The position numbers were made by a program, and so were the translations under genes. From Ramazzottius varieornatus (taxonomy: Eukaryota; Animalia; Tardigrada): DNA of 64,000 bases. Under the pieces are notes generated by a model. The model saw only the letters and a list, made by a program, of their open reading frames with translations. It was not told where the DNA came from and did not search any database. Below are positions 12,708-28,877 of the stretch, piece after piece. The DNA is taken from contig BDGG01000004.1 in assembly GCA_001949185.1 (NCBI GenBank), positions 1,885,620-1,949,619 on the forward strand, in the 5' to 3' direction. The first letter of the stretch is position 1. Each line of letters starts with the position of its first letter.

Positions 12708-14088
12708 CTAGTAACGGAGTTCCTGCGATCGAGGTGGATGTAGCTGCTGTAAGGGGGTGAAGTTCATCTCTGCACATTTTCCCATCTCCGGTCGGCGGTA
12801 CCTGTGGGCAAAAATGCTGCTAAGCATATGAAGCAACAGTGATGCAAAGAGCGAGGCGTACTTAGATGGACTTACATGACAAGAGGTTTCTGTTTAGGGA
12901 GACATGGTGGATCGTGGTAAACAAAACAGTTTTCGTGGTACTGCTGTTCGGGTCCGTACGCAATTCTGTAAGTGGTAACGTAGTGGTGCTTTCGCTGGTA
13001 TTCTCGTGAGGCCTCTTGCTTCCGGTACTTTACTCCAAGACCCCAATTTATATTTACGGGGAAGAAATCTGTTCCAAAGTCAACATGCCATCAGGTTGCA
13101 ATTTCAGGATACTGCCGAGGAATTTCTTCAACTCGGCTTACCTCTTTTATGCTGGCAAATTTTCGGCATCTTATATGCGGGTTCATAGCCTTCGTACCTA
13201 TGGACAGAATCCCGAGTTAGTATCTCAGCATGCCGGAAAAAAACCCCTACAGAGATCACCTCTGTGGCAGTCTGTGCAATGCACCGTATGAAGATTGCCC
13301 TCCGGTGGGTACTTACATATGGTGATTCTGTCTTTCCCAGCTAGTCTTCATCCCGTTTGACTCATCTTCGTCTCTTTTGCTGAAAACGTGGTTCCACCGA
13401 GCATCCTTCACGCAAAGGGCCGTTGACTTAATCATGAGCAACGGAAATTATGCACAAAAGCCACTCACGTCCAGCTCGTTGTAGTGAGGAGCTCTGTGAC
13501 GGAGAGTGGGCATCTCACCTTCCATGCCTAAAATTCGAAACCGGTGGAAAACCCAAATGTATCGCATCCACAACGTCGGGGATGAAGAGTGCACCGGGTT
13601 GAAGTTCGGCAACGCATCCTTACCAAACTTCGGCTTGATCCAAGAGTCACCGCAGTCGGATTCTGAATGAGGAAATTCATCCTTCCGGCACGCCATTTTT
13701 TCTACTATCTAACCGAAAAAACACGTATACAGTCTCCCGAACAGAGATGAATATATAGGAGACTGCTTACATGATCTTGGTATTCTTTCTTGCGAATGTG
13801 GTCTTCGCAGCTCCCCACTTTGCCGGTTATGACCCAGTCAAAGGTAGGCGGCACGGTGTTGGCCAGTAGCTGCAACCACAACAACGATTGAAAGAAGTCG
13901 AACGAAAAATCGACAAGGAAACATCAGGGCCAGTATGGGACACTTACGTCACCTTGGAGCTGGTGCTGAATCCGATCCTCCCTCCAGTTTCCGATCTTGA
14001 CCGCATCGGTGTACCGATTGACTGGCTTATTGGCTAGTCCAATGCGCGTTAGATTAAGGTAGTTATCATTGCCCGTGGGATGAACCAT
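12708..14088 (-). CDS. NWE-motif ciliary microtubule inner protein, CFAP107 (C1orf158)-like
   Basis: Seven exons with consistent phases. N-terminal RYTDAVKIGNWREDR, then IRKKEYQD, DFFPVNINWGL and YVTTYRIAY, in the same order as the CFAP107 motifs KYSTKVLTGNWMEER, IYRKEY, DFP...TNYGL and STYTSSY. Confidence 0.6.
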
Positions 14089-14585
14089 TTTAAGTGATTA
14101 TTCTGCTTCTCGTCAGATGAAAGAACAGCCGCAGCTCGCCACTAACTGGCGGCGCAGACCATCTACGTCAAAGATGACCAGTGGTTCTCGTTAAAGCTGT
14201 AACCAAGTGACCTCAAAGTTCAATTTGACGAACAGTCCCCGTACAAAACTTTAACAGGAGGGAACTTAGTTCTTAGATGTAAAAAAACACAAGAAGAGAT
14301 GAGAACCAAAGAGTTGTAGTACACCAGATTACATAAATGTTCAAAGGAAATTAACATTCGCAAAGAGGGTAGATCTTGAATCACAATCTCAATTGAAATG
14401 GTCAACGTTTTATCTTTTGAGGAAATTTAACGATATACACTGCATGTATAGAAAAATTATAATGGAGTATTTGAATAAAATGTACACGCTTTGTACATTT
14501 TCCCAAAACATCAACTTAAGTGAGTTAAACGAGCGCCAAATGTTGGCAGAGGAATAGGTTTGGAGTTATTGCTTTGAAAGGACCA

Positions 14586-16614
14586 TCAATATCCTGGGTT
14601 AAAAAACAAGTTCTTTCGCAAAGTGGAGCTGAAGACCATAGTTTGCATCTCGCCTTTGTGCGACAGTTGGCCCAGCCTATTGTTCACCTAAAATATTAGC
14701 GTACATCAAGGGTTCATCCTGACTAGTTTTCGAAGCGACAGTAAACAAAACGACTTACGTACCTCTGCGAGCATCGTCTGGAAGTCATACATGTGAGCTT
14801 CCTCCGCCAACACTTTCACAAACTCTTGGACAAAGAACGTGCCGTCTTTCGTATGCCGAAGTGACAAATGATCTACAATAGAAGATACCATAATAGGCAT
14901 AATCGCAAATCACGTGCCGTTCTCTCAGCAACAATTACCGGGCACTGTGGAATGGACTGTGATGAAGTCAACGCTGTTGGATATCTTATCCTGAGGACCC
15001 GAGTTGTTCCTCATCCTAGGTCCACGTTCGTCTGTCTGGACCGACCAGGTCAGCATTTCTGATGGCAGAGTATCGGCAACCACGTCGGATCCATCTGCAA
15101 ACGCAGACGAGGAAGCCAGCGATGGGGGACTTTCCCTCAACCGATCCGTACTTGCAGGACTGCTTTGACTGATCTTCATTCCCAGGTCTCTTTCTCCTGA
15201 AGGTTATACTATTTAGTACACATGCTCATAGGCGCTTCTCACCAAACCCGATGGAGTAAATCAATCCTACCTCCACGGCATGCCACAAACAGGAAAATCT
15301 TTGGCTTGCCTGCCAGACCTTTACATTCGTTCGGACCAAAATATCCTTCGATCTCACTATCGGTAACATGCTCGCCATCCGTACCAGATATTCTGCCCTT
15401 CGTTGTCCCGTGAGAGAGTATACACACCACCACCGCGTCTGCATTGTGGTGGATGGAACTACCAGCAAAGTCTCGAACTATCTGGACCATTTGCTGCAGC
15501 AACCACACCATGAAAGATCACAAATCTGACGTCTGCTTTTGACATCAGGTTTTACTGTAAGCGAGATATCTTACCGTCTTGGTTTTGTTCCAGAACTGTC
15601 TTTTTTCAAAAATTTCAAAGCCCAACTGGACGAACAAAGCGCAGAGGTTATCGCCGTCAACATGCGTTCCTGCCCTGTCGCCGTAGGCTCCTCCGCTGTG
15701 GGTGAACTCTTCGTTGTTGATGAGCAGAACGTAGCCGCGAGGGCGCGACTTCATGGGATATGTGCGCGAACCACCCTGGTAAAGTCCAGTCTTTACATGT
15801 ATATCACCTGGCGTCATTCGAGACTCGGACAGATATGCGATCCTTTCTGCAAATTGTCGAAACTAAAGAATAGTGTTAGGAATACCCCGTTAGAAACACA
15901 AGTACGTTCTGGTGATGTGGTCTCGTTCGGGACGTATCCTCTCTTGGCGATGTGCTCCACAATGCTGACCACGGCCTCCAGCTTTTCTTCTTCGTAAAGC
16001 ACCATGGTGAAGTTCAGAACTGCGCGTATTCCCCGGCGAAACAGGTAATCCAGAAAGTCGTCACCTGGAGTTGATTTGATACCCTGAAGTAAAAAGAAAC
16101 ACATTAAGCATCCCCAAAACACTGACAGAAGCCAAACCCAATTTCACACCTGCGTCTGGTATATCTCCATTTGTTGCGGACTTATGACATGCAGATCCTT
16201 AAGCCTTTCCAACATGCGTGAGCCTTTCTCGCCTTCCAACTTCAACATCCATGCAGGATTTCTGATGAACAACTCCCTGACGTGAGTCCTCAGATCCCGA
16301 GGAACGCTGATGGTTTTGCAGCTTGACCCCATCAGCCAGTTGGTCAGATTGCCCATGCAGATGTTCAACCGCCTGGTTTCCTCCCGAGTCAAATCTGCAC
16401 GTGTTTTGCCATTCGATCTGCTGCCGTTTTCGTTGGACTCGGGTGAACTGGAAGACACTGGCGGCGAAGGCGGCTGTTGCGAAGAATCATCCCGTTGCGC
16501 TTGTGCAGGAACTTCTCCAGTAGAATCTTGACGCTCCCACGGGTATCGTCTTTGGATTCGGGCTTCGGGATGACCTGCGTCCGATTCCACCAAGCCTTCG
16601 TGATCGAAGTCCAT
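14586..16614 (-). CDS. Initiator-type caspase with a long CARD-like prodomain and an atypical VACRG active site
   Basis: PRGYVLLINNEEF, DRAGTHVD, ILSHG, PKIFLFVACRG; small subunit DFITVHSTVP..SLRHTKDGTFFVQ...STLRKNLFFNPGY*. Helical prodomain ending FLDYLFRRGIRAVLNF. Confidence 0.9.
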
Positions 16615-18536
16615 TCTCCGCAGGTTCAGAGACGTCAATCTAGGCCCCAGTCGTCTGGTGGACAAGGCGGCTCGCGTATACGTTCTGCTTAAAGCTTTGT
16701 TCTGTTAGCTATACGGACGTCGAGGCGATTAGAGTCCGTATGAATGATGTGACATTCATGATGTCAGATGCGAAGAAGATTTCGGCAGCTTTCCTGCAAC
16801 ACAGAAAGTCGTAAGCAAGTGTTTATCCGCTATCATCCGAGATCGTTTTCCCTCTTCCTCGTTCTCACCTGCTAAGCTTTGTGAAGTCATCCGTATGCCC
16901 GAGTTCCTGCGGGTGCCCCTTGCCTCGGAAGAAAAGAATCAGGCAAACTGCGGCGATCGTATTCCCGTTTCTAATTCTGACTCAACTAACACAAAACAGC
17001 AAAAGCGGTGACTCACGATGCGTCAATGACATCATTTGGAATTTGACGAGGGACCACAAAGACCGGGTGACCTTCGTTAGTCGAGGGGCGCCCGGCATAC
17101 TGCCAGCTGTGTCGAACTAACCCCTGAGCGTAGTTTACGGGCCTGTATCTACATCGCAAACTCGCAATTCAGAATGCAGATGGAAAATCAGAAGGAGGTG
17201 CACTGGTGCAGGAATTATTCATGTTCTCCGACCGTTTGTATTCCCTACTGCTGCTGAAAGTATCATCTTTTCTCCTACGTCCAGGATTCGGGATGCACAC
17301 GAACTGTGCTTGATACCTCGGGACTAACCTGCAAGCTCAACGTGGTTTCCCAACAACAGGATACAGGTAAACAGGTTTGCCTATTTAGCTGGTTTGCTCC
17401 ATTGATTGCTTGACTATATTAGTGTGCGCGACATGTTTGCTGTATGGCCAAGAAGGTATGCAATGATGTCGTCGTTGATATGAACGTGCTACAGATGAAT
17501 GGGATTGCTAGCTTCTAGCCTCGACATAGGTGCTATTGTGGACAGGCTGCCGTGCTGTTGCGATACGATGTCGAAGCGGTGGATTAAGTTAATAGGGAGG
17601 CTCACTGCTGGACATGAAGGCGATGGACTTCCTGTATGCATTCTTCTAGTATACAGTTAATTCGAGTCGGGTACGCCGCAAAGGACAACATGGACAAACC
17701 TTCAACATGGTGATATACTTGCTGGTATCGGACACTGGAGATCGTAACGCGGTTGGAGCGAGGCTTTGCTTTGCTGCTGAGCAGGAGGAGGATGGTTGCA
17801 ATTTTTTATGGTTTTGTTGTGCAGCTGAGCCGGATAAAGGCTGCAGCAGTTATCGCTCACTAATTTTCTGTTCATGGTTGCAGGTCGGCTATGCACATCA
17901 GGAAAAAGGCAGATGCGATATGCGAAGGTTTTGCCAAAAGTGTTAGCTTCACGCGGCGCCAAACGCGTTTGACGTGGCCGTATATGCAAGGGAACACAGC
18001 TCTTTCCAGTAGCTGGAAATTATCTTGACGGGGCCTTTGTCCACCGTTTTCTTGAACTTACGAGTTTCGAAAGTAGGCAGCAACAGCTAGGCACTTCACA
18101 ATTTAATGTGTGATAATATGATATTGTATTGTTGCTCTCTTCTATGCTCCCGGTTTGGCGGTTTGTTGCAGCAAAACAATACGGAAAGTGTCTCCGGATC
18201 GCCGTTGGCTCTTGGAAATATCAGGGCTTCGAGGCTTGAATTAGAGAACTGCGAGCATCGCTGCTACAATAGTATGGTATTTCTTTGCAGTTTTAAATTT
18301 CCACTAGAGGGCCGGACACTCCCGATCCTGGATGAAAAGGAAAATGTTTGCATTTATCGTTCATTTAAACACAAAATCAACTTGGGAAACGATGTAGAGG
18401 TTATCTCAGGCGACGTTTCCTCGAATAACTTTTCGAGGAGAGTTCCAGGGACACACGAAGAACTGAGCAGGTTCATGGTTCGGAAAGAAGAAAAGTGCCC
18501 GCGAGACATTCGCCGGTGGTAGCTTGAACAGTGCGA

Positions 18537-18568
18537 GTATCGTATCGTATCGTATCGTATCGTATCGT
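18537..18568 (+). repeat. (GTATC)n pentanucleotide microsatellite, about 6 units
   Basis: gtatcgtatcgtatcgtatcgtatcgtatcgt read directly. Confidence 0.95.
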
Positions 18569-20149
18569 GCGTCTGCCGAGGTACTGTCGGAGTACTATGC
18601 AGTCCAACTTTGTTGGAAGTTGTACTTTGAGTGGGGAACCCAACCAGTTTCACGTTGGAGGTTAACGCAGTAGCGAGTAACTGTTAGCCTGTTACCACCG
18701 AGGTCGCTGTGCACGTGTGGCCGCTACTAGGGACCAAGGTTTATCGAAGGCAGTAGCAGCTACTTTGGGGGTTCCGTGTATTACCAGATCGATAATACCG
18801 TCGCATACGCCGTGGTTTTAGAGTCGTTACTCTCCTTATCCAGCAAATTCAGCCCAAGAAGCTACCCCGAGTCATAACAATACTTGGTGGATTCGAGTTC
18901 GCCGACAGGAGGCGGAGGACAGCAGCGGGTTCGGGCTTCCACATGCATGCCATGTTCCTAGGACGTCGAACCTTTCCGTTCAAGAGACATCCATCACCTA
19001 AAGAAACCGCGGGCTTTTCGATAGACTTTCACGATGAGTGTAGAAATCAAAGAGGTGAAATTTTGACTTATTGTATGCTGCCACAGAACGGTGGACGAGA
19101 TTCAGATAATTTTGTTTACGGCTTTTAGGTGCGGCTTGGTCGTGAATGAAGGCTTTAAATTGTGGATGATTTTAGAAGCTGGGCGCGAGCGTTCAAAAGA
19201 TTCAAAACTGCTATTGTTTACATGAATGGAGCACAAGTCCATAGGCTAGACGCTGTTCTGGTTTCATCGGCATCATGGGCTGATATATATCTGGCAGTTG
19301 ATATCCTTGCTTCTTTGTGGGTGATTTTGCTGCATGCAAAGTGTGCTGTCTGCCTGTGTTTTTGCGTAGGAGTGCTTGTACATTGCATCAGGGCATGCTG
19401 CTGATGCAGTTGCTCCTGCAGATCCTTGCCTCGATCTTTTGCCTGTCAACGGCATTACTCACTGCCTGACTGGCTGCGTTTCCGTCGGACATGTAGTGGA
19501 AAAGCGGCTGGAGGGAGAAGGGAGCGCAGTATATTGTACGTATGCTGCTCTCTCCTCTGACGACAATTTTCCATCCATCTCGCTATATCCCGTGTTCATT
19601 TTAATCGCTTGCCCCATTCCTAGTACATATTACGATACGGCGAAAAAGCTGCACAGCTAGTAGCCCGAGCTTCCTTCCATCGCGTCAGTCAGTGCTTGGT
19701 ACAGATGCAAAACACGCTTAGCTTCTCCATGCTGTGGAACTACAGCTAGAGCTAGCTTCCTATTCTGCTTTATAGGCCTCTTCGTCATTCAAGCCTTCAT
19801 CGTCGTGACTTGTATATGTTCACGATCCTCGTGCTGAATGCTTATTACGGCCAAAATATGCCGCTGCTTTTTGCGGTTTAATATATGATTTGTCTTCTCT
19901 ATGCAGTTTGAAGGATGTCTTGATATCATTGATTGGAGCTGGAGAAACTGAATATCTCGACCATCTTGACCATATGCTCAATGCTGCCTTGGCTGCAGCT
20001 TTCTCATGCCTAATCTTTGCCCCATTTATACTTGCAGCCCTTCTCATTGACCCATCGCCAAGCTGAGACCCCTCTTCTGTGGATTTTTTTGGATTAACCG
20101 TTGCGGATTGCCATTCCCCTGACAAAACGTCCAAAGATCAAGACATAAA

Positions 20150-23871
<3,722 letters not shown>

Positions 23872-24898
23872 AGGCGGAAGTGCCCGTGCCAAAAGTGTCC
23901 GAATCTCATCATTCGGATCAAGCAACACATTGTCATACCGCGAAACTGTTACTATACAAACAAGCAAACGTCGCCATTCTAGCCTCAACCGTTTACACCC
24001 CCATTTTTAGTCAGAAAACCCCATATTCAAGCTACTTTTATATGCATTCTCTCTTCTTTTCTTCTTGGAACCAAATCAACCACTCTTTTGATTCTGTTTG
24101 GTGTTGTCAGTCCACAGCATGCAAGCAAGACCGTAAGGTGACGGTGGCGTATCGGGCGATTCCCTGGCATACATTTCTGACTGTTTCTTTCGTCGCTGCT
24201 CCATGTCAGGGGATTCTGTCTGTCATTGTCCTCCTCGTTCAGCGTCATCCAACCAGCCAAGACGGAAGACACAAGACTACCACTTTAACCTGCTCCAATG
24301 TCGATACATTTTATCCTCTTTCTGTTTTTTGCGTTACTTGCGCTATTAGCTTTTACGTTGGGGCAACGGAAATTACGGATAGGCGCGTTTCCGCACTTCA
24401 CCGCTGCATTTCTCTCCACTCTCGTCGATGGTGTACCTGTCTTTTTACTCCACTATAAAATAAACATTTATCGGGAGGGATGGCTGGATGGAGAGGAGTT
24501 AGCCTGATCTGAATGGGTATTTCCAGAAAGCGCAGCTGAACCGGCCGAAAGACTAAAGAGTCGGTGTGCCGATGGATGGGAAACGAGAATCGATCGATTG
24601 CAACTGTGCATTGACTCGTGCTCTTCAGCGTGCGTCGATGAGTTCAGCGTTCAAGCGATGCACGTTCTTATACTGTTACTCCTCTCTCCATGTAACTTTG
24701 TTGTTTAGCTATCCGCTATTGTTACTAGCATTTATCCATCGCTCTCCCACCTATTTACAACCTATATCGTCCCATGTTTTATTATGTCGGTTCTTTTTTA
24801 CATTCATTTTATGTTTTTACCTGACCAGTCGATCTATAAAATGTATTCGTCCGAACTACTTTCTTCGGCAGTTATACGCTTTCCGAGTGGGGAACATA

Positions 24899-25067
24899 CA
24901 GTGTACGACAAAATTAACCGTTAAACATGGGCGTTATACTGCAGCTGGAGATTATTTACGACTCGGCCAATGAGAATTATATTTTGCTGCATGCGCAAAT
25001 TTCATTGGCTTCATCCATCTGGCTCCATCCAACACCCATTTTTAAACGCTTATTTTGTCGTACACTG
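24899..25067. mobile_element. MITE family A, intact 169-bp copy (Tc1/mariner-like, TA TSD)
   Basis: Perfect 16-bp TIR CAGTGTACGACAAAAT / ATTTTGTCGTACACTG, extending imperfectly to ~37 bp, flanked by TA at 24897-24898 and 25068-25069. Confidence 0.9.
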
Positions 25068-25362
25068 TACACAAAGCAACGTTCAGACGTGGGTCAAGTT
25101 GAGAGGAAAGGCGAAGTAGTGGTCAGAAAAATCTACAATGAGGAAATAACTTCTTGCCAATCAACACAATCAGATTCCGCGCCTTCACATTCTTGAACAA
25201 GGGAGGAAAACTTCCCAAAGATCACTGATAAACCACAAGTTTCGTTCGGGCGCTCAATACGGACGCAAGAGAAAAGCGTATTGTTCCTGGAAAAAATCAA
25301 CGAACACGTCTCGTGTAAAATTCAGGTTCTACAGGAATCGTCCACACCTAAAAACCGAAGTA

Positions 25363-26516
25363 CTAATGAATTATTAGAGCTTCGTTTTGAGCCTCATTCT
25401 GGACTTCCATGAGAGCGTGCTGTACAGTTTGAAGCTTGTTCCTCAGGGTCTGAATTCCGCTTGTTACAATCTTTTGAGGCATCAGAGATCCATTACTCTC
25501 AACGGTGAAGTAGAACCGGTCGGCTATTCCAAGGGGATTGAAAGGTGCTTGCGCCTCCTTGGTGGTTTCAGCCAGTTTGGTGTGATTGCTCTTGGGCCTA
25601 GAAAAGCAGCAGAATCATCGCAACATCCGGAAGTTAAATCTATGTTAAGAATTCACGAGCGGTATCACAAGAAGTTGAACTTCACGTACAAGTTACTACG
25701 ACATACCATTCTTCCGGCTTCGCATACCAGGTGTGGCGAAGCTCATTGTCAGGATCGTATTCGAAAGAGACACCACAGGTTGGATTCCATTTGGCGTGCT
25801 CTTTTCCGATTCCTTTCTTGCAGTACGCCGTGAACTTCAGTTCCTGCCCTTTTCTGAGCTTTACAATAATAATGTCTGAAACCGAAGATATTGTTCATTA
25901 GAGCAAATCATTGGCAGGATAAAACAACTTCATCCACAAGCGCACTTACGATCACTGTCCGAGGCGTACTCATCATTGTTATCAGCTCGCTCTCGCATGG
26001 AAACCGGCATGATCCGTCCGGTTTCGGGGCATTTGATGTGTGCGGAAGACACGTGCATTGTATCCGTCTCCCGACAGACAACATTACAGCTCACTCTCAC
26101 CGAACATTTATCGCAGAAGTCAGTACAATCACAGTCCTACAACCGAATAAGCAGTTTGAAACGAACCTTCTGAATACCTGAATTGGTATGTTCGACTAAC
26201 CCGACTGTAGATGATGTTGTCAATAACATCGTCGCAGATGAAAGGAATCAATCCAAGCCGATGAGCCAGAAATTCGTCGTGAAGGACAGAAGAATTCGAC
26301 TCGAACTCCACATGATCGATGGCCATTACAGGAACCTCAGCCATGAATACTCGACGCAGGCTGTTCGCTGTGCTGTAAAAAAATGATGCTCAACCAAGAG
26401 TTCTCACAAGGGAAAGCTCAGAAAACTTACCTTAAGGATGTGTTCTCGATCACGAACTTGACTACTTCATCATCCAGCTCCATCACCTGCACGCGAGGCT
26501 GGTTAGCGTACGGCAT
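25363..26516 (-). CDS. POLR2C: RNA polymerase II subunit RPB3
   Basis: [14 protein letters not shown]; [11 protein letters not shown]...[17 protein letters not shown]; [12 protein letters not shown]; KEHAKWNP; ends AQNEALIIH*. Confidence 0.95.
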
Positions 26517-26963
26517 GTCTACAGAGATCCAAGATCCGGTTTGCTCCCACGAAGACCGAAGAGAGACTGTGCTATTGGATATCCAGAAAGATGTACGATG
26601 GTAACTCGGAAGTCTGCTCTGGAGGCGCTCTGGTGAGCAAGACGGAGGAGCAAAATAATTCTGAAGGAAATAATTTTGGAAATTCTTAAAGGTCGACTTT
26701 GTGACCCGCACTGCCACAACCCTGGGCGTGCTTGTCGTTATCCAATCACTACGGTGCTGTCCGCCGGTCTCATTGGGTTAGCATGGTTATGGTATGAGGG
26801 GGAAACTAGCTTCTAGGCGGGGTTCCCTACCATACCGTATAATTTTCGGAAATTACGATGTGGTTTCGTCAGCCATCGAAGAGAAAAAAAGATCCAATCT
26901 GGCTTCTGGAAGTGTTTATCCTCCGACATACCGTGCTGCAAATCCCTGCATCTTCTTTTCAGG
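26517..26963. promoter_or_regulatory. Probable bidirectional promoter shared by RPB3 and eIF2-gamma
   Basis: About 450 bp separate divergent start codons, with CCAAT boxes on both strands (ccaat at ~26742, attgg at ~26772). Confidence 0.5.
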
Positions 26964-28666
26964 ATGGACGGGATAGCCGCTCACAATACCCATCTGGCTT
27001 TCCAGGACTTAAGCAAGCTCAACGTCAAGGAGCTGACACCGCTTACGCACGAAGTGATTAGCCGTCAAGCTACTCTCAACATCGGAACTATCGGTATGCA
27101 ACCGCGCACTGCTCAAACTTATTGACTACGCAACACACTGCAGCTCTGTTCCAGGTCATGTCGCTCACGGAAAGTCCACCATCGTCAAGGCTATCTCCGG
27201 AGTGCAGACTGTACGTTTCAAGAATGAACTGGAAAGGAATATTACCATTAAGCTGGGTTATGCAAATGCGAAGGTAAGTCGTCAGCTTATCGATCTTTGG
27301 ACGCCGGTTGCACCAGGAAATCTCTGGGAAAGTGCAGTTCGTGAATACCGGTCCTGTTGAGTGAAAGGAAAAACGTCGGTGATGGTGATGCCGGTTTAGT
27401 GATGGTGCTGGTACTTTAAGACGGATCCTTTGTAGATTTACAAATGTGACAATGATGAATGTCCTCGGCCTGGATGTTATCGTTCAGCGGGCAGCATGAC
27501 CGAAGACGTTTTTCCATGTTCACGTGCAAACTGCGGAGGAAAGTTCCGTCTACTCCGACACGTCTCCTTCGTCGATTGCCCCGGTCACGACATTCTGATG
27601 GCCACTATGCTGAACGGTGCAGCAGTTATGGACGCTGCCTTGTTGCTGGTAGCCGGAAATGAATCGTGTCCGCAGCCGCAAACATCAGAACATTTAGCCG
27701 CTATCGAAATCATGAAGCTGAAACACATTATCATTCTCCAAAACAAGATTGACATCGTCAAAGAGTCACAAGCAAAGGAGCAGTATGACCAGATCCTGAA
27801 GTTTGTCCAAGGAACCGTGGCCGAAGGCGCTCCCATCATCCCCATTTCTGCCCAGCTGAAATACAACATTGAAGTGCTGTGCGAGCTCATTGTGAAAAAG
27901 ATTCCAGTCCCTCTGCGAGATTTCACTTCCGATGCCCGTTTAATCGTCATTCGATCTTTTGATGTCAACAAGCCTGGTTGTGAAGTGGAAGAACTGAAAG
28001 GGGGTGTCGCTGGTGGAAGTATCTTGCGAGGTGTCTTAAGAGTCGGTCAGGAGGTCGAGGTAATCACTCTAGTTGCCACTAAAAACTTGTGAAAGCAATG
28101 TAGAGTTATGTCTGCAGGTGAGACCTGGGATAGTTTCAAAGGACTCCGAAGGGAAGCTAACGTGTCGACCCATCTTTTCTCGCGTCATTTCGCTTCTGGC
28201 CGAACAGAACGACCTGCAGTACGCCGTTCCCGGTGGGTTGATCGGAGTGGGCACTCGCATCGATCCAACCCTCTGCCGAGCAGATCGCATGGTAGGTCAG
28301 ATTCTAGGTGCTGTGGGAGCGTTACCAGCCATCTTCACCGAGCTGGAAATGTCCTACTTTTTGCTGCGACGCTTGCTGGGTGTCAGAACTGAAGGTGACA
28401 AGAAGGGAGCTAAAGTACAGAAACTATCAAAGAACGAGATTCTGATGGTCAACATTGGGTCGCTGTCCACTGGCGGTCGAGTACTGGCTGTCAAGGCCGA
28501 TCTGGCCAAGATCAGCTTGACCAACCCTGTCTGCACCGAAGTCGGCGAGAAGATTGCGCTCAGTCGACGTGTGGAGAAACATTGGCGCCTCATCGGCTGG
28601 GGACAGATTCGTCGAGGAGTAACCATTACACCAACTCACATGAGTGCTGATCAACCCACGAAATGA
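26964..28666 (+). CDS. EIF2S3: Translation initiation factor eIF2 subunit gamma
   Basis: [69 protein letters not shown]. Confidence 0.97.
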
Positions 28667-28877
28667 GAAGCGAAGTCCCAAGAGTTGTAGTTTTTTACTA
28701 TGGTAAAGCAGAGCGAAAGCGTCTAGTTAGCTAATCAATTCAATGTTTTAACATATTAATTTCGTTTTATCGTTAATCGTTGATAGTATCCGTATAACAA
28801 AATGCAAAACAAAGTACAACAAGGAAGTATGGCATTGTTCGGACATTCTCCCTGGCTAAACGGTTACTGCGAAAGTA

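Noticed and set aside
26783-27061. Possible overlapping uORF in eIF2-gamma
   Set aside because: The upstream ATG lies next to the CCAAT boxes and may be upstream of the transcription start, and the splice link is speculative.
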